A stretch of 64,000 nt of DNA from Iphione sp. A-MEVVRFRX5 (lineage: Eukaryota), in NCBI GenBank assembly GCA_976226885.1, contig OZ320313.1, positions 121,892,001 to 121,956,000 on the forward strand, written 5' to 3'. A program made the translations under genes and the position numbers. This document shows positions 33,218 through 42,873 of this stretch, piece after piece. A model generated the notes under the pieces. It ran no database searches and had not been told where the DNA came from. It was given only the letters and a program-made list of their open reading frames with translations. How positions within the stretch are numbered: the stretch's first letter is position 1; every line of letters starts with the position of its first letter.

Positions 33218-35083
33218 TTACTGGGCCACCCCGGATTGTGTACGCCTTACACTAGCACAAGGAGCACCTGTGTCAACGGCCGATCTTGGTAGATTAACAT
33301 CCTGTGCATTTAATTTATCACGTATTCTCATCAAAACATTCCCAAGAGTGTTACTACCGATTTTCTCAAGGCATTCATTTCCATTTGGCAGCCATGGCCC
33401 ACTACCAGTACCAATATAACTATCCCAGTCACAAAAAACCAGATGGTTCCTCGTTTCCATCAGTGCCTTTCGTGCCAACAGAGAGAGTTCATATTTACTA
33501 GTTAATACTTCCTCCAGTGTTACCTCTGAACTCGCGGACCATTTTTCGTTAGTCTGGATTTGGTTCCCAATGCGTCTCGCCTCAAATCCACTCGTACAGT
33601 TGCGAAGTTCCAAAATTGCTTTCTCGTCACCACACACCCGCGCTTTCTCTGTCTGATATGCTAATTCGGCGTTCTCGTACCAAGTACCGTTGTGCGAGAC
33701 CGGACTTTTTTCTTCCATCGATAAGTTGTCCGTGTCTTTTGTAAAATAGTGATGCTCACCCCTCGTTTCCTGCGAATTCTTGCCTGGATGTAATTTATGA
33801 GGTAATAAATCCAGGTTTTTGTAGCTGAGGACGGTCCCGTCGATCACGACATCAACACCTCGAACCGTTGCACGACAGCCATGGCGCCGCGCCGCTGCCG
33901 CAACCTTCTGTAGTTTGTTGTGTTTTTCCAGGCCCGTAGGTGGAATCTCCTCCTTAAAACGCACTCGTCTGCATCCCTTCAACCGTGTGAGATTGCTCTT
34001 CTTACTCAGGGCTACATCTCTCAAGATGCTGTCCTTGAAGAGGACTCCCATCGTCGCCGTATTGTTGTTTTCTTCCAAGCAGACGACATCAGAGATACTG
34101 TCGTCACTCAGACCAGAGGCATTACGCACTATCTTCCTTGTCACTTGGTATCTATTGATGTCTTCTTTGGTGCTAACGCCTTCCACCAGTAGTTTTCTTG
34201 ATCTATCCCGAATCTCGATCCTAGTTAAGTCATCATCAACCCGGTCGCATCTCTTGTCAGTCAGCATCGCGAGCGCTTCCACCCGCTTCATTGATGCTTG
34301 TATGTCTTGTAGCCTGCTCGAGTTCACGTCAATACACTCATCTCTTGCCTCTACCTTGGCTGATACATCATCCAATTTAACCTTCAATAGATTTAGTTCT
34401 ATCCAGACTTGATCCCGCAGTAACTTCATCTCTTTCTGCAGGCCCCGGACGAGTGAGAGGATCGCTTCCTCTGACCCTACTGTCGTGTCAACGCTGTCAG
34501 CCACCACTTCGTGCTGTCCGTTTGCTGCTTCTACCGGTCCGCCCTTAGCAGCCGTCGTGGGTGACGATGCGCCCGTATCTATAGAACCGGTTACGTCATG
34601 TTGCAAGGTAGAGGATGTATTTACAGCATGGACATCCTCATCATGGCCAGTATCCTGATGCCGCACCGATATTGTTGACAATCCACTGTCAGTGTCAACA
34701 CCCACCATCGTAGGCGTGACAGACTGTGTCAACTCCGTTTCAATCACCAAATCACCCTGTGTGTCTTGTTGCACCTCAGTATTTGGTTGTCTTCCTGTGT
34801 TTTTAGTTGATGTATCACCCACTCGCTTGTCTTTGCCATACCTTTTTTGCGTCTTGGGCCCATAATCGCCAGACATACTGGTCGCCAGCTGAGTAGTCGC
34901 GCTGACCTTTCCCGCTCTTCCTCGTGTTGTTCTCCTATTGTCGCCCGGTGGTCTCGATCCTGGAGAGAAATCCATGATATCTCCCACCGACAGACTTTTC
35001 TCCCTCAATCTTGCCATGGATCTCAAAATTGGGGTATTCATAATGCCCCTGCTGTCCTCATTTAATCGAGGTCTGCCCGGCAT
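33218..35083 (-). CDS. ORF1p (621 aa): disordered N-terminus, coiled coil, L1/Tnp22-like RRM region, C-terminal NADAR (YbiA-like) domain
   Basis: Heptad-rich EEAILSL...RIEIRDR; RSRKLLVEGV; RVRFKEEIP. NADAR motifs GTWYENAELAYQTEKA..GD, EARRIG, W, KY, ALMET, DSYIGTG and GSNTLGNVLMRIRDKL at ~33310-33755. Confidence 0.88.
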   Translation of the reverse strand: MPGRPRLNEDSRGIMNTPILRSMARLREKSLSVGDIMDFSPGSRPPGDNRRTTRGRAGKVSATTQLATSMSGDYGPKTQKRYGKDKRVGDTSTKNTGRQPNTEVQQDTQGDLVIETELTQSVTPTMVGVDTDSGLSTISVRHQDTGHDEDVHAVNTSSTLQHDVTGSIDTGASSPTTAAKGGPVEAANGQHEVVADSVDTTVGSEEAILSLVRGLQKEMKLLRDQVWIELNLLKVKLDDVSAKVEARDECIDVNSSRLQDIQASMKRVEALAMLTDKRCDRVDDDLTRIEIRDRSRKLLVEGVSTKEDINRYQVTRKIVRNASGLSDDSISDVVCLEENNNTATMGVLFKDSILRDVALSKKSNLTRLKGCRRVRFKEEIPPTGLEKHNKLQKVAAAARRHGCRATVRGVDVVIDGTVLSYKNLDLLPHKLHPGKNSQETRGEHHYFTKDTDNLSMEEKSPVSHNGTWYENAELAYQTEKARVCGDEKAILELRNCTSGFEARRIGNQIQTNEKWSASSEVTLEEVLTSKYELSLLARKALMETRNHLVFCDWDSYIGTGSGPWLPNGNECLEKIGSNTLGNVLMRIRDKLNAQDVNLPRSAVDTGAPCASVRRTQSGVAQ

Positions 35084-35333
35084 GATTGTGGTTTGTGACT
35101 GATTATCTGGAGAGCACCGCGTACACGTCCTACTCGAGCGCCATATAAATAAAAATGTTTGGTACTGAGATTCATGGTCTTAATGGCCGAATGGTGTCCC
35201 TAGCAATTAGTTGCCATGGGCAGAGTCTGCTACATAGAGAATACACTAAATTTCAGTCGGCTCTGGGAAAAAGTGGTCGCCATGGATGACTGGTCTCCTG
35301 AAGCGAATGGTCGCCAGGTGAGAGTTGACTGTA

Positions 35334-36045
35334 CATCCATCCTTAAAATACTGAGGTTGGTCCTCACCAAAAATAAGTACATGTATCAACGGAATGGCCA
35401 TGAGCACCAGGGTGGTACCGACATATGCAAATCTTTATGGCGGTGCCATACCAGTACCTCTGGAAGCAGTTCATTGAAAACATCTTCCTCATCTGGACAC
35501 AGCAAGCATGAATGAACCCATTTCCTCGAACATATCAACAATGCTACTCTGGATCTACAATTCACCTTCACCATCTCCAACACCTGAGTTACCTTACTAA
35601 ACAGCATCATCATCATCAAGCAGACAACCCTCTACTTTTACTTTGGGGTCAAGCCGACAGACACCGGGGCTTATCTCCACTATACTTGCACCCATCCCCA
35701 CTGCTGCAAGAGGATGATCCCATACAACCAGTTTCTCCAGGTGAGGCGTAAATGCTCCAAGGAGGCAGACTTTTGGAAACAGGCATTAATTATGGCTGGG
35801 GCATTCATTAAGCAGGGCTACCAGAGAGATTGTCTGATTTTTACCCTCCTATGTGCCTCCAGACTTAGCCGCTAGGGTCTTATTCCCCTCCACCCCAGCC
35901 CCACCTCATCCACTCACAGTTAAGATCATTCAGGAGAACCACCAATTTCATGCTATCACTACATATACCCCATGCTTCATGGCCTTTAGGAACATACTCA
36001 CCAAGAACTGGCCAGTCTTAGCACAGTCCCTTTCTGCACTACATA
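35334..36045 (+). pseudogene. PLE RT relic, piece 3 (RT core/thumb)
   Basis: LRLVLTKN, GMAMSTRVVPTYANL, FLEHINN, KPTDTGAYLHYTCTHP..IPYNQFLQVRRKCS, ITTYTP. Confidence 0.85.
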
Positions 36046-37002
36046 CAGGAGAACCCCACCATGCGACCAGTTGCCTAGGGCGACCAGTCGGCCAGTGCGA
36101 CCAGTTTTACTAAGAACGAACCAGATTTCAGTACATTTGCTATATGATACTATTCGCCCAGGGCGACCACTGGCTTGGGCGACCATTCGCCCATTAAGAC
36201 CAGCATTTTAAGAACAAAAACGCTTGTTTGAGGGTGACCGGGGCGACCGCCGGCCCTGGTACCCAAAAATCACTATGAAAACGAGCTTTGAGGAACTCCT
36301 GTCGCGCTTGTTTGAAGGTGATCGTGGTGACCGTAGGCGACCGCCGGCCCTGATACCCAAAAATCACTATGAAAACAAGCTTTGAGGAACTCCTGTCACG
36401 CTTGTTTGAAGGTGACCGTGGCGACCGTCGGCGACCACCGGCCCTGATACCCAAAAATCACTATGAAAACGAGCTTTGAGGAACTCCTGTCATGCTTGTT
36501 TGAGGGTAACCGGGGTGACCGCCGGCGACCGCTGGCCCTGATACCCAAGAAACACTATGAAAACGAGCTTTGAGGACCTCCTGTCACGCTTGTTTGAGGG
36601 TAACCGGGGCGACTGCCAGCCCTGATACCCAAGATTCCCCATAATATTTCAGTTAATTTAGACTTCTTTTCCCCATAATATTCAGTTAATTTGGACTTTT
36701 TCCCCATAACATTCAGTTAATTTGGACTTTTTCCCCATAATATTCAGTTAATTTGGACTTTTCCCCATAATATTCAGTTAATTTGGACTTTTTCCCCATA
36801 ATATTCAGTTAATTTAGACTTTTTTTCCCCATAATATCCCCATAGAGAAGAACACATAGAGAGAGACATAGAGAGAGAGAGGGAGACAGAGAGAGGGACA
36901 TAGAGAGAGAGAGGGAGCCAACCAATGCCTTAGGAGACCAGTTGCCTAATGCGACCACTTCAGCTCAGTCCCTTAGGTGGTCGCATTAGGCGGGTTCTCC
37001 TG
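36046..37002. mobile_element. TA-flanked MITE with internal ~75-bp and ~32-bp tandem arrays and (GA)n
   Basis: ta|caggagaacccc..atgcgacc ... ggtcgcat..cgggttctcctg|ta. TIR related to 26479-27220. Confidence 0.85.
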
Positions 37003-38106
37003 TATCTACAACACACCCACTTCCCACCCCTCCCCCTACCCGCAAGTAAATTATTTTTTTGTTTTTCTGGCCAGGTGAAGGGGGATCTATCCTCTGACTC
37101 TCCAGTCATGGGCTCTTGGCATCACACACTAGTGCCAGCAAACCTCTAAACAGATAGACCCCATTAATACTGTAAGGTTCCCTAGTATACCCACTGCCCA
37201 TAGGGGCCTCTGGAGGTTTCGTAAGGACCAGGTAATTACTCTGTATTTTTACACCCTATATCGGGTGGCCATGCTACTCCCATGGTGCCTGATGAGACTA
37301 TGTGTATTATTGTCAAAACCATGGACTCCCCATAACCTGACCACTTACTACCTCCTATTACTGCCCCCTCCCCTTTGTTGTCCCCCTCACTTGTATAATA
37401 AGCCCACCTCCCCTCCGAACAGATCACACCAGGAAGGCCCTCTCCCCTCCCAGGAGCATCATAGGAACTCCACATAATTCCACAAAAAGTTTTTTCCAAC
37501 AACTGTCTTACAAGTTGATTTCCCCATGCCCATGGCCCCACTACAACAACCTCCGAATTTTTACATGGGCCTAGAGGTTTGCATTCCATATCTTGGGAGG
37601 GTGCACTGTCACCTTTGCCCTTCTGCATGGTTGCACCATGGCTCTGAGACTTGATTTGCACTAGCCCCATATATAAATGATATGAGACTACAGACATGTA
37701 ACACACATAGATTATTTATATTACTAGCAGTATAGTTTGATCAACACCATAAGAGAGTCCTGGTTACCCAAAAAACATGACTGTAATGGACCTGTACCTG
37801 ACCAGTACAATTTATGAAGATGGTGCAGTACAGGCTGTCCTTACTGGGCCAGTTCAGCATTGCAAATTGGCTGCATAATGACCTGATACTGGCAGTCCTG
37901 TACAGGTGCAGTACAGGTCTAATATCAGCACTGTACTGGCCCAGTAAACATAACTGTAATGGACCTGTACCTTACCAGTGCTGTTAAAAATAATGGTCCA
38001 GTACTGGGCCAGTACAGAAATGCAAATTGGATGCCTAATGGCACGCAACTGGCAGTCCTGTACAGATGCAGTGCAGGTCTAGCATCTGCCCTTTACTGGA
38101 ATATAC

Positions 38107-38351
38107 TGTGGCATGCATGCAGGGAATGTGCGCAGGGAGTGTGTGTGCAGGAAGTGGCAGAAAAGCGAGTGTGATGTGTGGGGAATGGATGAGTGGGTAA
38201 GTGTGTGCATGAGTGCCCTGCACCAAGTATTATATAAGGCAAGGTGTACCAGGATTGTTCAGTTGCCTCTCGGACTTGGCTGAATAAACATGTTAAACTT
38301 TACTCTGGTGTCACTGCATCATGAGTCTACATAATGGTAGAAGCCACAACA
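38107..38351 (+). repeat. Solo LTR (245 bp)
   Basis: TG...CA, ATATAC on both sides (38101-38106, 38352-38357), internal TATATAA and AATAAA. Absent from the sister host repeat (~19320). Confidence 0.75.
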
Positions 38352-39427
38352 ATATACTACAGGAACAGTACAGTTAGACCAGTATTAGCCCAGTACTGGC
38401 AATTTATTAAGGTTTGCCTATGGTACCAGTAGTTAAGAAATCAGAAAGTACTTGAAAGTCTGTGTGTTCTTTTCTTTTGCATGTTACCTCTGACATCATC
38501 CTCTGGTTTGTCATCAAGGTCTGACATTTAGTATCCTATTGATAAAATAAAACTAATCTTACAATTGCTAATAAGTGAGGATTACATACTGAGTACACCT
38601 TTGTACCCCTGCTGTTTGGATATATCAAGTACATGCTCTACAAGGTTTATCTCACTTAAAGCATGGCCCAAGCAAGAAAACAGTGAAGACGGCAGCCACA
38701 CTACTTCTGTGATGCTCTGTACTGCACATTTCTGCTTTTGACTTGATTTTGCACACTATTTGAAAACAATGCCAATATTAGCCCAATACTCGACCATTAC
38801 ATCATTTAGATTATACAAAACACACAAGGTATTGGCTACTTTTGGCTGGGTAATGGCGTGTACAGTCAGATGTCCTTATGCGGACATGTCTTGGATGTGG
38901 ACGCTTCTACAATGCGGACACTTTGGAGAATGGAGATATTTCCTATAGTTAAGCATTGTAAAAGGACGTCTCTAATCAGGACAGCCATTTTAGGGAAGCA
39001 TCCTCCTACGGACATTGTTGTTGCGCGAATTTTAGACAGCAGAGAGGTCTCAGAAGTCACTTTCAAAGGTTGTCGCGCAAATTTTGGGGCCTACCAGACC
39101 CCTGACAACCTAAGAAGTCATTTCCACAGATTTCTCTCAATATGCCTCTACAAAGGACGTGTTGTCGCGCAAATTTGGAGCTGTAGGAGTCATTGTCGTC
39201 AAAATTTGCGCTTTTATGACTCTTATTAATTTTTTATTATTATAGCTTTATTTATTCTGGTAATACTACATACATAAGCAGTATTTGGTACCAGCATCTC
39301 AGAGTTAAACAAGAAATCAAAAATGAAAAATTGAAAGATTTAAAGTCAACAATAGATAATAATAATGATTTACAGCAATAATGATTTACAGAGCAGGAAA
39401 CAATGGAGCAGAGGACTCCCAAGTCAT

Positions 39428-42400
39428 ATCAAGAATCAATCAAGAATCAAGAATCGTTTATTCACTTCTTAACTGACAATGTCAATAAGATCTCCCAGCG
39501 AAAAGCGACAGGAAATGACATAATATAAGAGATAACTTAGGTACTAACTATACAAAAAAATATCTTTGACTAGAATCCATCATGCTTGAAGTTAGTATTC
39601 TAATTGTCGTAGTCTGTGACAAGTCTCGATTGCACATCCGATTCTTTTTCGCTACCTATCATTTCTTTTATTGGTCACTTCATAATTATCAACTACAAGA
39701 AAAGTCTTCTTTTATTTGACTATTAGGCATCACATTCTACAGTTAAAAAATCTTTTACATCGGTCATTATAGTTGCAACACATATCCACTACTGGACTCT
39801 TATATCACTTTCTCGTTCTTCGTGGTTTGTATGGAGTACACCAATTCCATTAGTGACGGGGATTAAGCATGCATCTCTGGTGTAGCAAACGTCTCCTGAA
39901 GGTCTTCGGGTCCACACAGGTTCGTAGTGACACCGGGAGGTTATTCCACATCTTCACACCTGAATAGAGAAACGAATTTTTATACAGGCGCGTCCTAGGT
40001 TTTCTCATTTGCAGTACTGGGCCTACACTTAATCTTGTATGTGCACCATTTCTCTTGGTCTTTTCCTTCACAACTCCCAGCAGGTATAGCCTGTGGATCA
40101 GACAGACTAGGGCTCTATTGCCTCTTGTCTCAAGTGTGTCTATTCGCAGCTTGGCTCTCAACCTTGTGTTTGACATATATGAGAATCGTCTTCCTATCAT
40201 CATACCTCTCATCACCCTATTGCAGTGTAATTGCAAATTCTCTAAAGTTGTCCGACCATGACATACTAGGAATGGAAGACTGTAGTCGAATAGCGTCAAC
40301 AAGAAGCCTTTGAATAGTCTGCCTTTTTCTTTGATGCTGAGACAGTTAGAAATTTTGCTAAGGTAGTACCCTCTCTGCCTTGTCGTCTGAGATAATTTAT
40401 TCAAAAGAGGTTGCCAATTTAATGAACTATCTAAATAATGTCCCAGAAATTTGCAGTTTTCCGTTTTTTGAAGTTGATTGCGATTTAATGTTAGATCTAG
40501 ATCTAGGTCCTTGCTCTTGCCAAAGGTCATATAAAAAGTTTTTGCGATACTTACAATCAGACCATTTTTACACGTCCACTCGTGAACGTCGCGTAGTCCA
40601 CGCTGTAACTTTAGCCACAGTGCCAGCGCATTGGAAGCCACAGCATATATCGTTACATCGTCAGCATACATTATACTGGATGTCACTAGTTGCGTATTTG
40701 GTATGTCGTTTATTAGCACACTGAACAAGAAGGGGCCCAGTATGCTCCCCTGTGGGACCCCAATCGGCATAGCAACTGAATCTGAACAATGACCATTGCA
40801 TTTAACAAATTGCTTTCGATCTGATAGATATGACTTGATCCAGGCTATTGTTCTTGGTCCTATTCCAGCTCCTACTAACTTATTTAGAATGATCACTTGA
40901 TTGGCCAGATCGAACGCCTTCGTCATGTCAATGAAGACCACTCCTACATGTCTATTGTTATCTATCGCTTCGTAGACGCCTGCTAGTAGGGCTGCCGCTG
41001 CTGTGGAGGTGCTTCTACCCGGTCTAAAGCTATGTTGTTGCTGACTAAAAAAATGTGTGCTGTCCAGATAGTCCACTAGTTGGTTGTATACCAGTCGCTC
41101 TAGGACCTTACCTATGATTGGCAGAATCGCTACTGGCCTATAATTGCTGCTGTCTGCCTCCAACCCTTTCTTATGTAAAGGAGATATTCTCGCTGATTTC
41201 CATGAGTCAGGGAATACCGAACGTGCTATGGAGTCATTAAAAATGTCTCTGATTGGATTTACGGCCAAAATTAAACTGTCTTTCAAGATTTTCATTGGGA
41301 TATTTTCGAACCCACTAGGTTTGTTTATTTTTAAGGTTTGAATTACTTTTGAGACTTCCGATGCTCTTACCGATTTTAACTCCCATCCCATACTATTCTG
41401 AGCATTCTGTGTGATATTTAATCCCAAGTCATTTGATAGTTGCATTGGCTGGCTGACAAAGTAATCGTTGAGGATACTTGGTACCCTCGTTGTTTCAACC
41501 CATACACCCCCTTCCTTCAGACGTATTTCTTTTGGGGTCAGTTCCCTCTTCAAGACTAGATTATTGATTACTTGCCAGTATTCGCGGATATCCTTGCATG
41601 CATTTAGCTTCTTTGCAAAAAATTCCCTCTTTAATCTATGACATAATTTCTTTACCCTTCCCTTGTAATATTTATAAATTCGGAAACTGTCAATATTCCC
41701 TGTTGTCCTAAAGTCTTTCAGGAAATAATCACGGTTGGCAATATATTCTTTCAACTCCCTCGTCACCCATTCTTTCCCATTAGGCCTTTTCTTTTTCTGT
41801 TTTAAAGGGCAAACTGCATCTACCGCAGTCTTGATTGCTTCTTGCAAAGATGTCCATTTAACCTCCCCTTTCTCCTCATGATTGTTTTCTACTGCAAGTA
41901 TGGTTTCCAAGATATGTTCATTTAAGATGTTCTTATTGTATTGAGACCAGTCCCTGCACAATTTTGTTTCTTTGTTCTTTTTCTCCCTGTCCTTTTTGTC
42001 TGTGATGTATGTTGCTACATGATCACTTATTGCATCATCGAAGGTACCGCTCTTATTTATTGTGGACATGCTGGAAAAGATAAGGTCAATACATGATTTA
42101 GCCGTTTCATGAATTAACGTTGGCACTCCGATGTATTGATGTAGGCCCACTGAGCTGCATGCGCTCAACAGGTCTCGCTTTGCCAGTGACTCATTAAAGA
42201 TGTTTATGTTGAAATCACCTCCTAGTACTATATTTGCAAAGCCCTGTTTCCGAAATTTTATAAGCTTGTCTTTTATATTACTTGTGAGCTCCCTCAAATT
42301 CCCATGCGGTGGCCTATAGATTGTTCCTAGTATCAATGGTTTGCGATATGGACTAGATATTTTTAACCAAAGACTTTCTAAGTTCTCATCAGAAACGCAT

Positions 42401-42873
42401 TCCTCTTCCAATTTTTCCGCATTGGCCAAATTGCTTACATACACCACAACCCCTCCCCCCCGTTTCTTTCTATCATTGCCGCGGTCCTGCCTTATACAAT
42501 GATACCCTTCCAACTTTATAGCGGACAGCGGTACTGCACTGTTCAGCCAAGTCTCTGATAATCCACATGCAAATATTTTCTCTCTTCTTATTAATGATTC
42601 AAATGAGTCAATTTTTGGTAGTAGGCTATGTATATTTAAGAAACAAAAGACACGACCTTTCATACTTTATTGATATATGAGCTATATCGTATACGTTTTC
42701 CAAATTTAGTAGATATATAGACGATAAGATACTAGCCAATTGAATCTGACGGAGTATCAAACGGCTCCAGGCAATTATATCCTACTAACAGATCTACAAA
42801 CTGGCCACATCTGAAATGCGGACAGTTTGAGAAAGAACGGAGGGTTTCCTTAATCTGGACGTTCGACTGAACT
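39428..42873 (-). mobile_element. CR1-group LINE with an intact APE-RT ORF, no ORF1 (probably 5'-truncated)
   Basis: 3' end AATAAA + (GATTCTT)n at 39428-39462; ~210 nt upstream of the ATG, then host repeat. Confidence 0.88.
39850..42663 (-). CDS. APE endonuclease - reverse transcriptase polyprotein (937 aa)
   Basis: NIHSL, SETWL, GGGVVVYV, YRPP, GDFN, SDH; NYRPVAILP, DMTKAFD, GVPQGSILGP, YADD. Confidence 0.97.
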   Translation of the reverse strand: MKGRVFCFLNIHSLLPKIDSFESLIRREKIFACGLSETWLNSAVPLSAIKLEGYHCIRQDRGNDRKKRGGGVVVYVSNLANAEKLEEECVSDENLESLWLKISSPYRKPLILGTIYRPPHGNLRELTSNIKDKLIKFRKQGFANIVLGGDFNINIFNESLAKRDLLSACSSVGLHQYIGVPTLIHETAKSCIDLIFSSMSTINKSGTFDDAISDHVATYITDKKDREKKNKETKLCRDWSQYNKNILNEHILETILAVENNHEEKGEVKWTSLQEAIKTAVDAVCPLKQKKKRPNGKEWVTRELKEYIANRDYFLKDFRTTGNIDSFRIYKYYKGRVKKLCHRLKREFFAKKLNACKDIREYWQVINNLVLKRELTPKEIRLKEGGVWVETTRVPSILNDYFVSQPMQLSNDLGLNITQNAQNSMGWELKSVRASEVSKVIQTLKINKPSGFENIPMKILKDSLILAVNPIRDIFNDSIARSVFPDSWKSARISPLHKKGLEADSSNYRPVAILPIIGKVLERLVYNQLVDYLDSTHFFSQQQHSFRPGRSTSTAAAALLAGVYEAIDNNRHVGVVFIDMTKAFDLANQVIILNKLVGAGIGPRTIAWIKSYLSDRKQFVKCNGHCSDSVAMPIGVPQGSILGPFLFSVLINDIPNTQLVTSSIMYADDVTIYAVASNALALWLKLQRGLRDVHEWTCKNGLIVSIAKTFYMTFGKSKDLDLDLTLNRNQLQKTENCKFLGHYLDSSLNWQPLLNKLSQTTRQRGYYLSKISNCLSIKEKGRLFKGFLLTLFDYSLPFLVCHGRTTLENLQLHCNRVMRGMMIGRRFSYMSNTRLRAKLRIDTLETRGNRALVCLIHRLYLLGVVKEKTKRNGAHTRLSVGPVLQMRKPRTRLYKNSFLYSGVKMWNNLPVSLRTCVDPKTFRRRLLHQRCMLNPRH

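Larger units (their letters stand above)
28331..35145 (-). mobile_element. Full-length CR1-group (L2/Crack/Daphne-like) LINE with three coding modules
   Basis: 5' end ATGGCGCTCGAGTAGGACGTG ~60 nt before the ORF1 ATG; three uninterrupted frames; 3' UTR ~620 nt ending AATAAA + (TTATC)4 tail at 28330-28361; CpG-rich. No TSD found. Confidence 0.9.
27778..35331. mobile_element. TA-flanked MITE split by the three-module LINE (arms 27778-28330 and ~35146-35331)
   Basis: ta|cagttgcctct ... agagttgactg|ta. ggtctcct.aggcgaatggtcgcc motif in both arms; ~80-bp tandem units at 28010-28300. Excision rejoins the PLE frame (PLGGISCTSILKILRLVLTKN). Confidence 0.65.

Noticed and set aside
33218-35083. Bacterial/phage DarT-NADAR toxin-antitoxin system or contamination
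   Set aside because: No DarT-like ORF nearby. The NADAR is fused to a LINE ORF1 inside a eukaryotic TE nest with microsatellite tails and a spliceosomal intron elsewhere in the window.
28310-35170. Target-site duplication for the three-module LINE
   Set aside because: No convincing direct repeat between the flanks; CR1/L2-group insertions often lack clear TSDs.
36200-36840. Tandem arrays as a CRISPR array (also 26700-27060 and 28010-28300)
   Set aside because: Units are contiguous degenerate repeats without unique spacers, lie inside MITE TIRs, and there are no cas genes.
38860-39190. TACAGT...CTGTA MITE
   Set aside because: Terminal match too short and weak to support boundaries.
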